A stretch of DNA of 35,935 nt from a virus (taxonomy: Duplodnaviria; Caudoviricetes), in IMG/VR virus record IMGVR_UViG_3300027710_000073, positions 1 through 35,935 of that record; one strand, given 5' to 3'. A program made the translations under genes and the position numbers. The notes beneath the pieces are model-generated. The model did not search any database and was not told where the DNA came from. It saw nothing but the letters and a program-made list of their open reading frames with translations. Positions within the stretch are counted from its first letter, which is position 1. Every line of letters starts with the position of its first letter. Of this stretch, positions 1 through 10,061 are shown piece by piece.

Positions 1-55
1 CTGGTGCCTCTACTGCAACATCTTCGACAACTACGTTTTCTGTATTATCTGACAT
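1..55 (-). CDS. Putative nested in-frame scaffolding protein start (MSDNTENVVVEDVAVEAP...), partial
   Basis: SD AAGGAGGT (69-62), a 6-nt spacer, then ATG at 55, in frame with the protease (844-55=789 nt). An acidic, low-complexity sequence follows. Confidence 0.65.
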   Translation of the reverse strand, partial: MSDNTENVVVEDVAVEAP

Positions 56-844
56 TTCATTACCTCCTTCTGCGTTTGCCTGTTTTGCAATTGTTTGTGT
101 TTCAGGCAACGTAAATCTTGAATGCTTATATGCATCAAGAATCTTATCTATTTCTTTTGCTTTGTTAACGTCTGAGCTTTCGACCCATCCTATTAATTCC
201 GCTGGCTTTCCAGATACTGGAGAGTCATATGTTTTCTCTGTTGAGATAAAAACAGAATCACTGTCTGCACAGTAAAATATGTTTTCAGTTACTACGCCTA
301 CTGCAATGCCCTTTGCAATGTATTGTCCATTAACCTTCTGAATAGAAAGAATGTTACAAAGTTCATTTGCTGGTGAATCAACAATAGAAAGTTCAATTAG
401 TTCATAGTTCTTGATAAATCTTACGGTCTTGCCGCTAGCCTTGTTAACTTCATTATCTGATTCAAGGATCTTTCCGCCGATTGAGAATCCTGATAGAGTT
501 CCATCTAGGACTTTTTCCCAAGTATCTTGAGCGCCTTTTGAGATGTATGCATCTACATAAACTCCATTGAAGAACTCCTTTGACTTTGGGTCATAGAAGC
601 TTTCTGGTCTGAATGAAACCATCTTGCCTACTGCATTAGATCCGTGCATCTCACGAATGTTTCCACGGAAACTTTCGAATGCTTTTAGACTTGACTCTGC
701 AGTTACAACGTCACCTGTTTGGTCAACATTGTCTAGTGTAGCGAATCCAGAGACAGTTCTTTTTTCACGGTTAACTTTAGTAAAAGGAACCGACAAATTA
801 ATAACGTTGCCGTTACTGGTCCATAAAGACTTTTCAATGTTCAT
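1..844 (-). CDS. HK97-family prohead (capsid maturation) protease with C-terminal scaffold-like extension; runs off the left edge
   Basis: Not in the ORF track because it has no stop in the window. Manual translation from ATG 844 gives MNIEKSLWTS...RTVSGFATLDNVDQTGDVV...IREMH...GTLSGFSIGG...LIELSIVDSPAN, with the His and GFSIGG (Ser) motifs of phage prohead proteases. It lies directly downstream of the portal. Confidence 0.9.
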   Translation of the reverse strand, partial: MNIEKSLWTSNGNVINLSVPFTKVNREKRTVSGFATLDNVDQTGDVVTAESSLKAFESFRGNIREMHGSNAVGKMVSFRPESFYDPKSKEFFNGVYVDAYISKGAQDTWEKVLDGTLSGFSIGGKILESDNEVNKASGKTVRFIKNYELIELSIVDSPANELCNILSIQKVNGQYIAKGIAVGVVTENIFYCADSDSVFISTEKTYDSPVSGKPAELIGWVESSDVNKAKEIDKILDAYKHSRFTLPETQTIAKQANAEGGNEMSDNTENVVVEDVAVEAP

Positions 845-851
845 ATGCTTA

Positions 852-880
852 ATTTTATAGGCTTATAGACTATAAAGCAA
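852..880 (-). promoter_or_regulatory. Sigma70-type promoter, probably leaderless, for the protease
   Basis: TTGCTT-N17-TAAAAT-N7-ATG(844), with no SD. Confidence 0.55.
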
Positions 881-897
881 ATAACAGTTGAGTGGAC

Positions 898-2481
898 CTA
901 GTCAACCTGTCTTCCGTCGCCTTTAGCATTTCTGCCTTCCCCATCAATATCTGGGGCGGCTGCCTGACGGTCTTGAGATCTTTGTCTTGTATTTCCTGCT
1001 TGGGCTCTTTGCTCTGCGGCGTCTTGGCCTTTTAAATCTACCATGTCGTCTCCGCCATCAAGTGGAATCATACCCTTTCTAATTCTAACTTCATTAGGGG
1101 TAATTACCTGCATACGCAAATATCTTTCATCAATTTTAGACTGGGTGTCCTCATCGGTCAAAGTTAATTCATTAAACTTTAAAGTCAGGGCATCTGTCTT
1201 TTCTTCAAATATTGCATTTATCTTTTTCTCAAGTGTCATTTGGGCTGGACGGCAAACCTGCTCTTTAAATGTTTTATCTGCATCACGAGCAACCGCTAAA
1301 TTAACACCTTCTGGAGTTCCAATTTTATTAATTGGGACACGGTGGGCCAATAGGATTTCGTCTCTATTTGATTTACGATACTTCTCAAATGAGCCTTCCT
1401 GATTTCCCGCCTCAATAGGCTCCATTTTAAATTCAACCTTTGAGTCTGGGCTGTCTGCTGGAAGTGGGACATATAGGGATCTGTGGTTCTTACCCTTTAA
1501 TCCTACCTGGAAAAACTCAAGCAATTTACGCTCTGACTCTGGAGAAAGCTTTGCTCCCTTTACTGTAATAATATATCTTGGTACCGCTTTATTTTCAAAG
1601 TAGTCTAGGTTATATCGACCAGATAATTCATTACCTGCGAGGGCTACCTGTGCGGCGATAATATCTGGAATACCATAATAGTTATTCATCGGAGTATACT
1701 TTTTAAAATGAATAATTTCATTTGGACGATCTTCTTGACCAGCAATTGGGTTCTCTGTTTCAGTGTCTCCGAAGTTATTAAAGAATACAGCCTTGCCGTA
1801 TAGTAGCTGAATAAAGCCATCTCTTAGTCTACGCACACGCATTGTCTTTGCTGGGATATGTCCAATATATCCAATGTTTCCGCCTGTTGTTCTACCTACT
1901 TCAAGGTAGCCATTTCCTGTTGCTTCATAGTCTGTATAGACCTTAATTAAAGTTTGTGTAAATGTGTCTTCTGCATTCGTTGTATCTAGCCAAGCATGCA
2001 TATCTTGGCGTAGCTTATTTAACTTTCTACGGGCTCTTTCTAACTGCTTGTCATCTGTAATAGAATCAAAAGCATCATTTGTTTTCTTTGTCTCAACAAA
2101 GTCATACCCTAGGCCAACAATGTTTGCCACCTTGGCATTAATTGCTGCGTAGTTATATGTTGAAATTTCGTATACCTTTGATAGGTATTCTTGATTATAT
2201 GGAGGCTCAATAAGATCAAACATTGCATAGCCAGTTATAGCCTGTGCAAGTAAGTTCTGCTGTGATCCAGTTTGCTCAATACCAGTAAATGACTTTGAGA
2301 ACTCTCTATTAATTCTACGCTTAAATGATGAACCAAGTCCTCTGAGCTTCTTTATCTCTTCAAGGTTTACCGCAAATGGGTCATTGCTTTTTTCATCTTT
2401 CTTAAAAGAAAACCAGTCTGCTGTATTTGAGATATCAACAATGTTCTCTGAGTTGTCTTCGTTAAGGAATTCTACTGTCAT
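898..2481 (-). CDS. Phage portal protein (HK97/PBSX-like)
   Basis: 527 aa with portal-type motifs GNGYLEV, EIIHFK..PMNNYYGIP, YFENKAVP, ILLAHRVP..IG and ITPNEVR..GMIPL.GGD; adjacent to the prohead protease. Confidence 0.92.
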   Translation of the reverse strand: MTVEFLNEDNSENIVDISNTADWFSFKKDEKSNDPFAVNLEEIKKLRGLGSSFKRRINREFSKSFTGIEQTGSQQNLLAQAITGYAMFDLIEPPYNQEYLSKVYEISTYNYAAINAKVANIVGLGYDFVETKKTNDAFDSITDDKQLERARRKLNKLRQDMHAWLDTTNAEDTFTQTLIKVYTDYEATGNGYLEVGRTTGGNIGYIGHIPAKTMRVRRLRDGFIQLLYGKAVFFNNFGDTETENPIAGQEDRPNEIIHFKKYTPMNNYYGIPDIIAAQVALAGNELSGRYNLDYFENKAVPRYIITVKGAKLSPESERKLLEFFQVGLKGKNHRSLYVPLPADSPDSKVEFKMEPIEAGNQEGSFEKYRKSNRDEILLAHRVPINKIGTPEGVNLAVARDADKTFKEQVCRPAQMTLEKKINAIFEEKTDALTLKFNELTLTDEDTQSKIDERYLRMQVITPNEVRIRKGMIPLDGGDDMVDLKGQDAAEQRAQAGNTRQRSQDRQAAAPDIDGEGRNAKGDGRQVD

Positions 2482-2825
2482 TTTAAACCACCTAGTTTCT
2501 TCATTTCATCCTTATAGTTACCAATATCAAATGGGTCAGGAATTAGTCCCCAGTCGAGTCTTTGCTTCTGATACTTGAATTCTTCATCATCAATCTTTCG
2601 TCTTGCTGAAAGAAATTTAGGCCCGCCTTCATATATACCGAATGAGCGAACCTCTCTAGCCAAAGCATCGATGTTGGACTTATTGCCTTTTTTGGACGTG
2701 ACCGAAAGAAAGTTGCCATCGTCATCCCCAATCCATCTGCCGTCTGGCATCTCCCAGACATAAATGCCTAGTATTGATTCTTCTTCTAGAACCTTAGTAT
2801 TAGTTTTATTAATATCCATAGACAT
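2478..2825 (-). CDS. Hypothetical phage protein (true start may be the ATG at 2819)
   Basis: 115-aa ORF with an ATGA overlap with the portal start; preceded by extended -10 TGGTATGAT (2836-2828). Confidence 0.75.
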   Translation of the reverse strand: MSMDINKTNTKVLEEESILGIYVWEMPDGRWIGDDDGNFLSVTSKKGNKSNIDALAREVRSFGIYEGGPKFLSARRKIDDEEFKYQKQRLDWGLIPDPFDIGNYKDEMKKLGGLK

Positions 2826-2882
2826 AAATCATACCATTATTTCGTGCTAAAGTCTAGGGTTTGGTACAGGAGTTGGACAAAA

Positions 2883-4688
2883 CTATAGGCTAACTGACTC
2901 TGGTTCTACCACAGTTAAAAAGAATGGGGTGGAATCGTCACCAAGAGCGGACTCTATTAATGAGAAAGAAGTATCATTTATCTGATTTACTGTATTGCCA
3001 GTATATAGCAGATAGTGATTTGCTATGGTATTTAGGGATAGGGTATTCTCGTATACCGCTACATTGTTGTACATATGGCCTAGGCCAGACTTGGTATCAT
3101 TCTGATTTTGATTCAATTTGATCGAAGTATCGGATGATGTAAAGTTTATTACAATATGATGTGGGGTATCTACTACTAGGAAATTCCAGACATTTGTATC
3201 CGCCGTTCTATCTATGCCGTTTACGTAAATTGAGGATATGCCTGTCTTTGTTACTGCCCCCGTATTACTCCACTCGTACTTTTTAGCTGTCCCTGAGAAT
3301 AGTACGTTTTCGTTATACTGTGGGGTGTATATAAGTTCTAGGCAAGAAACGGCAGGAATAGAATTCAATGAGAACCCATGCCCGTTATACATAGTCAATC
3401 CATTATTCCTATTATAGGATAGGGTCTTGCTATTAAACTTTGGAAGGGAATAGTCATAGGCTGAAGATACATAGTATCCTGAATTATCGCTATAGAAGTT
3501 CTTGTCAGTATAGAAAGCTATTTCTAGGGATCTTAGGATTGGGAGATATCTACTAGTATCTGCAGATGATAAAGTTATCCTTAAATAAACAATCTGTGAG
3601 AATTGATTATCGCTCTTATTGATATAAGGCAAAGGTGATCCATTTGTACATGTCCGCCAAGTAATCTCGTCTATGCTTGCCTCTACTAGAATTCCCTTTA
3701 CATCATTGCTCCAATGGATTTGAGAAGTATTGATATTTAGGTAATTAGGGACAATAAAATAATCGGTAAATGTAAATGATGCAGTTGCTGCAGTATCTGT
3801 CTCTGGTATATAGATATAAGAGTTATCATTAGATATTGAAATCCCGCCCGTTGCCACTTCTGACCAAGGCTTAGATGTTGGATATGAGTAAATAAACTTA
3901 GGTCTGAGAGACTCTGTATTCATACTGAAAAGATAGCCATTGTCTGCTGCTACAATTTGAGAGACATTTACTTCTTGGGTTCCTTCAGTATAATGATTTG
4001 ATATCTGAGTTCCTGAAAGGGCATATCGATAGAATGCTACGCAGTCTATTACAAGCCTTCCAGTTGAAGGGCCTGTTTTAAATTCTACAACTTCATTAGA
4101 GAACTTGTAAGAGTCTATTGATTTTGAATCAGCAAGGGATCCGTTTATGTATAGAGACAAAGAGTTACTCTGGAATATACCGACTACATAAACTACTTCA
4201 GAATTTGATACAGTAGCCTCAACTTGGTTAGTTCCCACCTTAAATACGATATTTCCATTTTGGTAGAATATGCCCGTATTGATTGCTGAGTCTCCGACAA
4301 TTGTTGTGCTTACATTGTAACCTGGAAGTGCACACCAAGCCTCTATAGAAAAAGAGTTGTCCTTATAGTATTTTGTGGCAATTCCCTTTGGATTATATGA
4401 AATTATGGTTGAGCTTAAAACTTCAGTTCCTCTTACAGAGCCTGTTACTAAAGGCATTATTTGCTTTGAAGAAGCAGAGGAAGCGGTGCCATTATTTAAA
4501 CTACCAGAGTAGTCATAAATCTGCATACCGCTTATTTCTCCGTATGTCAGACCACTATCTTTTAAAGCTTGATATGTTGCATACTGAGTAAGAAGTTCGG
4601 CAAATGTATTAGTTGTTCCTGATTGAACTTCATCTAGTAAGTAGAAAGAGTTTGGAAAGTCATTTAAGATTCTATTCTTATATGACAT
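2883..4688 (-). CDS. Virion structural protein with LamG/concanavalin A-like domain
   Basis: 601 aa. N-terminal MSYKNRILNDFPNSFYLLDE, and LamG signatures FSIEAW, LSLYINGSL and IDCVAFYRYALS..QI..HY; a second degenerate LamG-like segment lies at the C-terminus. Confidence 0.75.
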   Translation of the reverse strand: MSYKNRILNDFPNSFYLLDEVQSGTTNTFAELLTQYATYQALKDSGLTYGEISGMQIYDYSGSLNNGTASSASSKQIMPLVTGSVRGTEVLSSTIISYNPKGIATKYYKDNSFSIEAWCALPGYNVSTTIVGDSAINTGIFYQNGNIVFKVGTNQVEATVSNSEVVYVVGIFQSNSLSLYINGSLADSKSIDSYKFSNEVVEFKTGPSTGRLVIDCVAFYRYALSGTQISNHYTEGTQEVNVSQIVAADNGYLFSMNTESLRPKFIYSYPTSKPWSEVATGGISISNDNSYIYIPETDTAATASFTFTDYFIVPNYLNINTSQIHWSNDVKGILVEASIDEITWRTCTNGSPLPYINKSDNQFSQIVYLRITLSSADTSRYLPILRSLEIAFYTDKNFYSDNSGYYVSSAYDYSLPKFNSKTLSYNRNNGLTMYNGHGFSLNSIPAVSCLELIYTPQYNENVLFSGTAKKYEWSNTGAVTKTGISSIYVNGIDRTADTNVWNFLVVDTPHHIVINFTSSDTSIKLNQNQNDTKSGLGHMYNNVAVYENTLSLNTIANHYLLYTGNTVNQINDTSFSLIESALGDDSTPFFLTVVEPESVSL

Positions 4689-4690
4689 AA

Positions 4691-6115
4691 TTAAACCTGA
4701 TTATTTTGCTCTAGGAGTGCTACTCTTGCAGATAGCTCTTGTACGGCTTTAATTAATGGAGCTATAAATTCACCATATCTTAATCCTTGTCCTGAGTCAG
4801 GATCTGCTGGGTCATATAATATCCATCCTGCAAAATCTTTTTGTGTGTGAAGGTCTATAGCTTGCTTTACTTCTTGAGAAACAAGTCCATAGTGGTATCT
4901 TACTCCTGGCTCTACTTCGTAAGTAGGTCTTCCATTTTCATCTAGAACACGGTCTCCGTTAGCATCAAGTACCTCTTTATTTTGACCAACAATAAATCTA
5001 TAAGATACTGGGTTAAGGTCATTAATAAAATCTAAACCTAAATCTGAAGGAAGAATGTCTTTCTTTTCTCTTTGATCAGATGTATTGATTGAAGATACAC
5101 GGTTATAAATATTATTCCACTTATAAGTAGATGATCCTAAGTTATAAGAAATATCTGAAAATGGGTACCATGCGGTTGTTCCAGATGATGAGGGGCTACC
5201 TAAGTTTGTCATTCCTTCAAAAGTCATTCCGTACAAAGTTGCGCCAGATGGTACACTTCCTGCTGGGCCTGTTGCTCCAGTAGCGCCAGTAGCGCCAGTT
5301 GAGCCTGTCGGACCCTGTATGCCTTGTGGTCCTTGCGGTCCTGTTGGACCTGCGGGACCTTGTGGGCCTTGTGGTCCTGTTGGGCCTGCAACTGTGCTTG
5401 CCGCACCTGTTGGGCCAGTTGGGCCAGTAGGTCCTGTTAATCCTTGAATTCCTTGTGGACCTTGTGGGCCTGCAACTGTGCTTGCCGCACCCGTTGCTCC
5501 TGTTGCACCCTGAATACCTTGAGGACCTTGTGGTCCAGTTGCACCAGTTGCACCTTGTGGTATTCCAAAACTTAAAATTGCTGCTGAGGTTGTTCCAGTG
5601 TTTGTAACAGATGCTAGTGATCCTGGAGTTAATGTAGTTATAGAGCCAACTGATATCGTTGCTGCAGCCCCTGCTGGGCCTGTTGAGCCTGCTGGGCCCG
5701 TTGGGCCTTGTGGTCCTGTAGGTCCCGCTACGGTGCTTGCTGCACCTGTTAAACCTTGAATACCTTGTGGTCCTTGTGGTCCTTCTGGCCCAACAATCTG
5801 ACCTACTGATGTCCATGCCGATCCGTCCCAAACATAAAGATCTCCATCTGATTGTACAATTCTTGCATCGTTAGCTGTATTACCAGTTGAAGGTAGGGCG
5901 GCAACATTTGCTACTGATGCTTTAACATTAATAGATGTTCCTTGTGGACCTGTTGGTCCCGCTGGACCCTGTGGCCCTGTTTCACCTTGTGGTCCTTGTG
6001 CACCTGTTGTAATTCTTTGAAGGGTCCAAGCAATTCCATCCCAAATCCATGTGCTTCCACCAGCGGTGAATGATTGATTCAACGTTGGGCTATTTGGAAA
6101 ATCTATAGCTGTCAT
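4691..6115 (-). CDS. Collagen-like tail fibre with C-terminal peptidase S74 intramolecular chaperone
   Basis: Long Gly-X-Y repeats (GPQ/GPT/GAT). The C-terminus [10 protein letters not shown]...[14 protein letters not shown]...HYGLVSQEV...[17 protein letters not shown] is a typical S74 autocleaving chaperone. Confidence 0.88.
   Translation of the reverse strand: MTAIDFPNSPTLNQSFTAGGSTWIWDGIAWTLQRITTGAQGPQGETGPQGPAGPTGPQGTSINVKASVANVAALPSTGNTANDARIVQSDGDLYVWDGSAWTSVGQIVGPEGPQGPQGIQGLTGAASTVAGPTGPQGPTGPAGSTGPAGAAATISVGSITTLTPGSLASVTNTGTTSAAILSFGIPQGATGATGPQGPQGIQGATGATGAASTVAGPQGPQGIQGLTGPTGPTGPTGAASTVAGPTGPQGPQGPAGPTGPQGPQGIQGPTGSTGATGATGATGPAGSVPSGATLYGMTFEGMTNLGSPSSSGTTAWYPFSDISYNLGSSTYKWNNIYNRVSSINTSDQREKKDILPSDLGLDFINDLNPVSYRFIVGQNKEVLDANGDRVLDENGRPTYEVEPGVRYHYGLVSQEVKQAIDLHTQKDFAGWILYDPADPDSGQGLRYGEFIAPLIKAVQELSARVALLEQNNQV
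5741..5783. repeat. 43-bp perfect direct repeat shared with 9075-9117
   Basis: tgcacctgttaaaccttgaataccttgtggtccttgtggtcct is identical in two different collagen genes. Confidence 0.85.
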
Positions 6116-6123
6116 GATATCTC

Positions 6124-6372
6124 CTATAATCCTGATATTGCTTTAGCTTCATCTTCGGTTAATCCTAAAGACTGTAATTTTATTATAGCAGATATACGTG
6201 CTTGACTTTTTTCATTTTTAATTTGATCTACTGTTTCAAATGCTGCTAAAAATTCTTCTTTAGTAAATCCAGGTATATCATCTCCCCAAACTATATCTTC
6301 ATACGTTTCTCCAGCGCTATAAAATTCTTTATCTGAAGATAAATAATGTAATACTTCATAATAAGTTGCCAT
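6124..6372 (-). CDS. Small tail-fibre assembly chaperone-like protein (XkdW-like)
   Basis: Start reassigned to ATG 6372, a TAATG overlap with the upstream fibre gene. [11 protein letters not shown]...YEDIVW...[15 protein letters not shown] resembles small chaperones encoded after fibres. Confidence 0.6.
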   Translation of the reverse strand: MATYYEVLHYLSSDKEFYSAGETYEDIVWGDDIPGFTKEEFLAAFETVDQIKNEKSQARISAIIKLQSLGLTEDEAKAISGL

Positions 6373-7082
6373 TATGGTGTGACCTCCATCAATAACATTG
6401 TGCTTTCTCCATTTATCCACTGCATGTATATAAATCCATTTTGATCAACACTGTTTGATGTAGCAATAGATCTTTGTGCTTGAGTTTTATAAGTAACTGA
6501 CGATGTTGTTGCAGGACTATCAATGAATACTCCGCCTACATCTGCAGAAGATGTGCCTGTATCTCCTGTCCAAAGAGTGTTACCTCCAAAAATTCCTACT
6601 GTAGTTGATCCTCTAAGTACTGGAAACAATAATCCAAAATCTGCAGTTCCACTAAGTTTTCTTAACCCATTTTGATTTACAAAAATTACAATTTTATTTG
6701 ATGCGGAAGTTGGAGTAATTGTAGCGGTTAGCCCCGTATCAACAGCACTTGCACCTATACTTGCTGTGACTATATTGCTTGTTGATCCCCTAACTATTTG
6801 AACTACTTTTCCAAGTCCTTGTGGACCAGTTGCACCTGTAGGACCCGCTGGGCCTGTTGCGCCCTGTGGACCTGTGTCGCCTGTTGGGCCTTGAATACCT
6901 TGTGGCCCTTGTGGACCTGCTGGACCTGTGGCGCCTGTTAGGCCTTGTGCGCCCTGTGGACCTGTAGGACCTGTTATTCCTGTTCTAACAACATTCCACC
7001 GAGAGCCATTCCATGTCCATGAGTTTGTACCTACAGCAAATACTTGATTTAATGTGGGGCTATCTGGAAAGTCTATTGCCAT
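6372..7082 (-). CDS. Collagen-like fibre protein with C-terminal beta-sandwich head
   Basis: N-terminal [12 protein letters not shown] module, Gly-X-Y tract, then a KVVQIV...[18 protein letters not shown]...[12 protein letters not shown]...MLLMEV domain common in phage fibres. Confidence 0.8.
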   Translation of the reverse strand: MAIDFPDSPTLNQVFAVGTNSWTWNGSRWNVVRTGITGPTGPQGAQGLTGATGPAGPQGPQGIQGPTGDTGPQGATGPAGPTGATGPQGLGKVVQIVRGSTSNIVTASIGASAVDTGLTATITPTSASNKIVIFVNQNGLRKLSGTADFGLLFPVLRGSTTVGIFGGNTLWTGDTGTSSADVGGVFIDSPATTSSVTYKTQAQRSIATSNSVDQNGFIYMQWINGESTMLLMEVTP

Positions 7083-7085
7083 TTT

Positions 7086-7295
7086 TTATTCTCCTGATTG
7101 AATAGCTGCTATTTGTGCTTGCTTTTGTGAAATTGCAAGATTAAAATACTCAACAGCTTCTGCTATTGGTGCATCTTTAGCATTTTCAGCTGTAAGCTCA
7201 AGATCAAGCTGATACATCTGATGCTCTAAATTACGAATAGTAGCTTTTCTAATGTCTGCTTTTTCATCTTCTGTTATTACTGTATATTCTATCAT
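7086..7295 (-). CDS. Small coiled-coil hypothetical protein
   Basis: 69 aa, SD AAGGAG upstream, packed into the operon. Confidence 0.7.
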   Translation of the reverse strand: MIEYTVITEDEKADIRKATIRNLEHQMYQLDLELTAENAKDAPIAEAVEYFNLAISQKQAQIAAIQSGE

Positions 7296-7307
7296 TTTTT
7301 CTCCTTA

Positions 7308-8018
7308 TTAAGCATTTGCGCCATAACCTGGATATCCATAGTTATAAGCAGCAGATGGGAATCCATCCGATGATGGACCTACTGGATTAACTAAAACTCC
7401 CATAAATGCTGGTGCTGTGGGATATTGAGTTGCATTAATATTATAAGAAGTCGATGTTGTAAAAGCTTCTGTTGTTGGAATTGCACCAACATATCCATAT
7501 TGAATATAATACCCACCTGCTCCATATGAAGCACTCCATGATAAAGACCAAGTATTTGTTCCCGTAGATGTCTTTGTAAGTCCTGTCAAACTTGCAGGAC
7601 CATATACTCCAGTTTCTACATAGGTATCAGTTGAGCCTCTACCATTTGTTGCTCTAATTCTGCATCTTAAAGCATGTGCAACATAAGTAGACGAAACATA
7701 CATTGAAGAGGCTGTAATTCCAGTTGATGCCCATGAACTACCATTCCACTTTTTATAATCCCAAGCATATGTATAAGAAGTTGGACTTGCACTCCATGTG
7801 CCGTTACTAGTAACAGATACTGTTGAGCCCGCTGCATTTGGATATGCTGCGCTAAGTGTTGGAGCAACAATTACTGCAGGAAATTCTGGATAAAATGCAT
7901 TCCAGGATGAACCATCGTAAACCCAGCCCTTTACGGCATTTGCCCATGTGGATCCAGTATAGGCTTTTAAATTTGTGACTGGATTCCATGAAGAGCCATT
8001 ATATATTTTAATTGACAT
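7308..8018 (-). CDS. Virion protein with Ig-like/FN3-like domains
   Basis: Repeated YxGSxW N-terminal motif, then the Ig-like GTWSASPTSYTYAW...CRIRATN and the FN3-like LSWSASYGAGGYYIQY. Confidence 0.7.
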   Translation of the reverse strand: MSIKIYNGSSWNPVTNLKAYTGSTWANAVKGWVYDGSSWNAFYPEFPAVIVAPTLSAAYPNAAGSTVSVTSNGTWSASPTSYTYAWDYKKWNGSSWASTGITASSMYVSSTYVAHALRCRIRATNGRGSTDTYVETGVYGPASLTGLTKTSTGTNTWSLSWSASYGAGGYYIQYGYVGAIPTTEAFTTSTSYNINATQYPTAPAFMGVLVNPVGPSSDGFPSAAYNYGYPGYGANA

Positions 8019-8024
8019 AATTTT

Positions 8025-9692
8025 TTAGTACTGAATGTACAAATCTCCTGCCGCTGTTCCAGTTGGAAGTGTTCCTGTATTGTTATAAAATATTTTATTT
8101 GAGTTTGCTGTATTAGTTCCATTTGAATAGGCTGTTGTTGCTACCGTTGCCCATGATTCTGCAGTTCCATTTGTAGTTAGAAATTTTCCAGAGTTTCCAG
8201 ATTGTGCTGGCAAAGAATATTGTGCAACTGTAGACCATGAAGTATCTGTACCATTTGTACTTAAAAATTTTCCAGTGTTTCCAGTCTGTGTTGGAAATGT
8301 TGCGCCTGTTGGGCCTGTTGCACCTGTTGGGCCTGTTGGTCCTTGTGGACCAGTTGCACCTGTTGCACCTGTTAATCCTTGCGGACCTTGCGGTCCAGTT
8401 GCACCTGTTGGTCCTGTTGGTCCTTGTGGACCTGCTTGAGAATTTCCAAATTCAATCCAAGAAGAATCGTAATAAATATATGTAAGACCATCTTCTGAGT
8501 TATACCAAGCTTGTCCTGCTACTGGGCTTGATGGTGGTGTTGATGCTACTACTGAGAATGTTGCTTTTGATCCCGCCTCACCTTGTGGTCCCTGTGGGCC
8601 TTGTGGGCCTTGTGGGCCGACGATCTGTCCTGCTGAGGACCAAGATGAGCCATTCCAAATGTAAAGGTCTCCATCCGCATCTACAATTCGTGCATCGTTT
8701 ACAGTATTTCCTGTTGAAGGTAATGCTGCAACAGTTAAAGAAGATGCTTTAATATTTATTGAAACGCCTTGTGGTCCTTGTGGGCCTTGCGGTCCTGTTG
8801 GACCTGCGGGACCAGATAAAGATGATCCTGTTTCTACCCAATATGAGTCATAGTATGTATAACTTCTACCAGTATCTGAATTAAACCATGCTTGTCCACT
8901 TACTGGACTTGCTGGTGGTGTTGAAGATGTAATAGAGAATGTTGCTCTAGTTCCTTCTGGTCCTGTCGGTCCAGTTAATCCTTGTGGTCCCGTCGGTCCT
9001 TGTGGTCCTGTAGATCCTGTGACACCTTGTGGTCCTGCTGGTCCTTCTGGACCTTGTGGTCCCTGTGCACCTGTTGCACCTGTTAAACCTTGAATACCTT
9101 GTGGTCCTTGTGGTCCTGTTGAACCTGTAGGACCTGTTGGTCCTGTTGGTCCTTGAATAGTTCCAACATTAATCCAATTACTATTTACTGAATCCCAAAC
9201 ATATAAATTACTTGAGATTAAATATCCATCTCCAGCATTACCTGTTGGGTGAGCTGATTGCAAAGCAGAAAGTGATGCATAAGAACCTAGTATCTGTACG
9301 CCAGTTCCTGTATCACCCTTAACACCTTGAATACCTTGTGGGCCTTGTGCGCCTGTTGCACCTGTTGCGCCAGTTAATCCTGTTGCACCTGTTAATCCTT
9401 GTGGACCTTGCGGTCCTGTTGCACCAGTTGATCCTGTTGGGCCTGCAACTGTACTTGCTGCACCTGCTGGACCTTGCGGTCCTGTTGGGCCTGCTACTCC
9501 TTGAATACCTTGTGGGCCTTGTGCGCCTGTTGCACCTGTAGGACCCGCTGGTCCTGTTGCGCCAGTTGGGCCTGGATTGTTTGTTAAATAATTATCTATA
9601 TCTGTAGCTAAATAGCCAAGATCTCTTGGGACATCGGGCGACATATCTAATGTCGGATATCTAAATGTTTTAGGCGTTGTATTTCCTGGCAT
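8025..9692 (-). CDS. Collagen-like fibre protein with interspersed globular modules
   Basis: Several Gly-X-Y tracts separated by DGYLI/DARIV..GDLYIW modules and two PPxSPVxGQAWxNS modules. Confidence 0.85.
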   Translation of the reverse strand: MPGNTTPKTFRYPTLDMSPDVPRDLGYLATDIDNYLTNNPGPTGATGPAGPTGATGAQGPQGIQGVAGPTGPQGPAGAASTVAGPTGSTGATGPQGPQGLTGATGLTGATGATGAQGPQGIQGVKGDTGTGVQILGSYASLSALQSAHPTGNAGDGYLISSNLYVWDSVNSNWINVGTIQGPTGPTGPTGSTGPQGPQGIQGLTGATGAQGPQGPEGPAGPQGVTGSTGPQGPTGPQGLTGPTGPEGTRATFSITSSTPPASPVSGQAWFNSDTGRSYTYYDSYWVETGSSLSGPAGPTGPQGPQGPQGVSINIKASSLTVAALPSTGNTVNDARIVDADGDLYIWNGSSWSSAGQIVGPQGPQGPQGPQGEAGSKATFSVVASTPPSSPVAGQAWYNSEDGLTYIYYDSSWIEFGNSQAGPQGPTGPTGATGPQGPQGLTGATGATGPQGPTGPTGATGPTGATFPTQTGNTGKFLSTNGTDTSWSTVAQYSLPAQSGNSGKFLTTNGTAESWATVATTAYSNGTNTANSNKIFYNNTGTLPTGTAAGDLYIQY

Positions 9693-9698
9693 TTTTAA

Positions 9699-9707
9699 AT
9701 TATACCA
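9699..9707 (-). promoter_or_regulatory. Extended -10 promoter giving a leaderless mRNA
   Basis: TGGTATAAT-N6-ATG(9692), with no SD. Confidence 0.7.
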
Positions 9708-9751
9708 TTCTCAGGGTTATAAGCCTTTTAAAAGCTTACTAATTGAGCCTT

Positions 9752-10009
9752 TCATACTCTATCTGGTTTTACATCCCAAGTAGCATAGTGTTCTTTCCAG
9801 TTATCCGTCCCATAAAAATCCATCTGTGATGAAATAAAATCATCACCTTCAGGTAATCTCTTTTGAGTCCGTGTTCCAGAAATCCCATACCATCTAACAA
9901 GGGGGGAACTACAAGTATCACAGGTATAACCTGGATCTTCTTCTTTAATACTTCTAAAATGAGTATATTGAACTTTACACTCTTGGCATTCATACTGATA
10001 TGATGGCAT
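9752..10009 (-). CDS. FmdB-family zinc-ribbon protein (CxxC...CxxC)
   Basis: MPSYQYECQEC...YTCDTCSSPLVR; it has its own extended -10 TGCTATAAT at 10044-10036. Confidence 0.8.
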   Translation of the reverse strand: MPSYQYECQECKVQYTHFRSIKEEDPGYTCDTCSSPLVRWYGISGTRTQKRLPEGDDFISSQMDFYGTDNWKEHYATWDVKPDRV

Positions 10010-10061
10010 ATTAACTCTTTTCTGTGATGCCTTTAATTATAGCAAATTATGCTAGTAATTA

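Noticed and set aside
5217-5831. 204-aa alternative-frame ORF in the collagen gene
   Set aside because: An Arg/Thr/Asn-rich by-product of repetitive Gly-X-Y codons; no independent evidence of translation.
5260-9570. Short tandem repeats resembling a CRISPR or satellite array
   Set aside because: They are in-frame collagen codon repeats (GPQ/GPT/GAT) with no constant repeat-unique spacer pattern and no cas genes.
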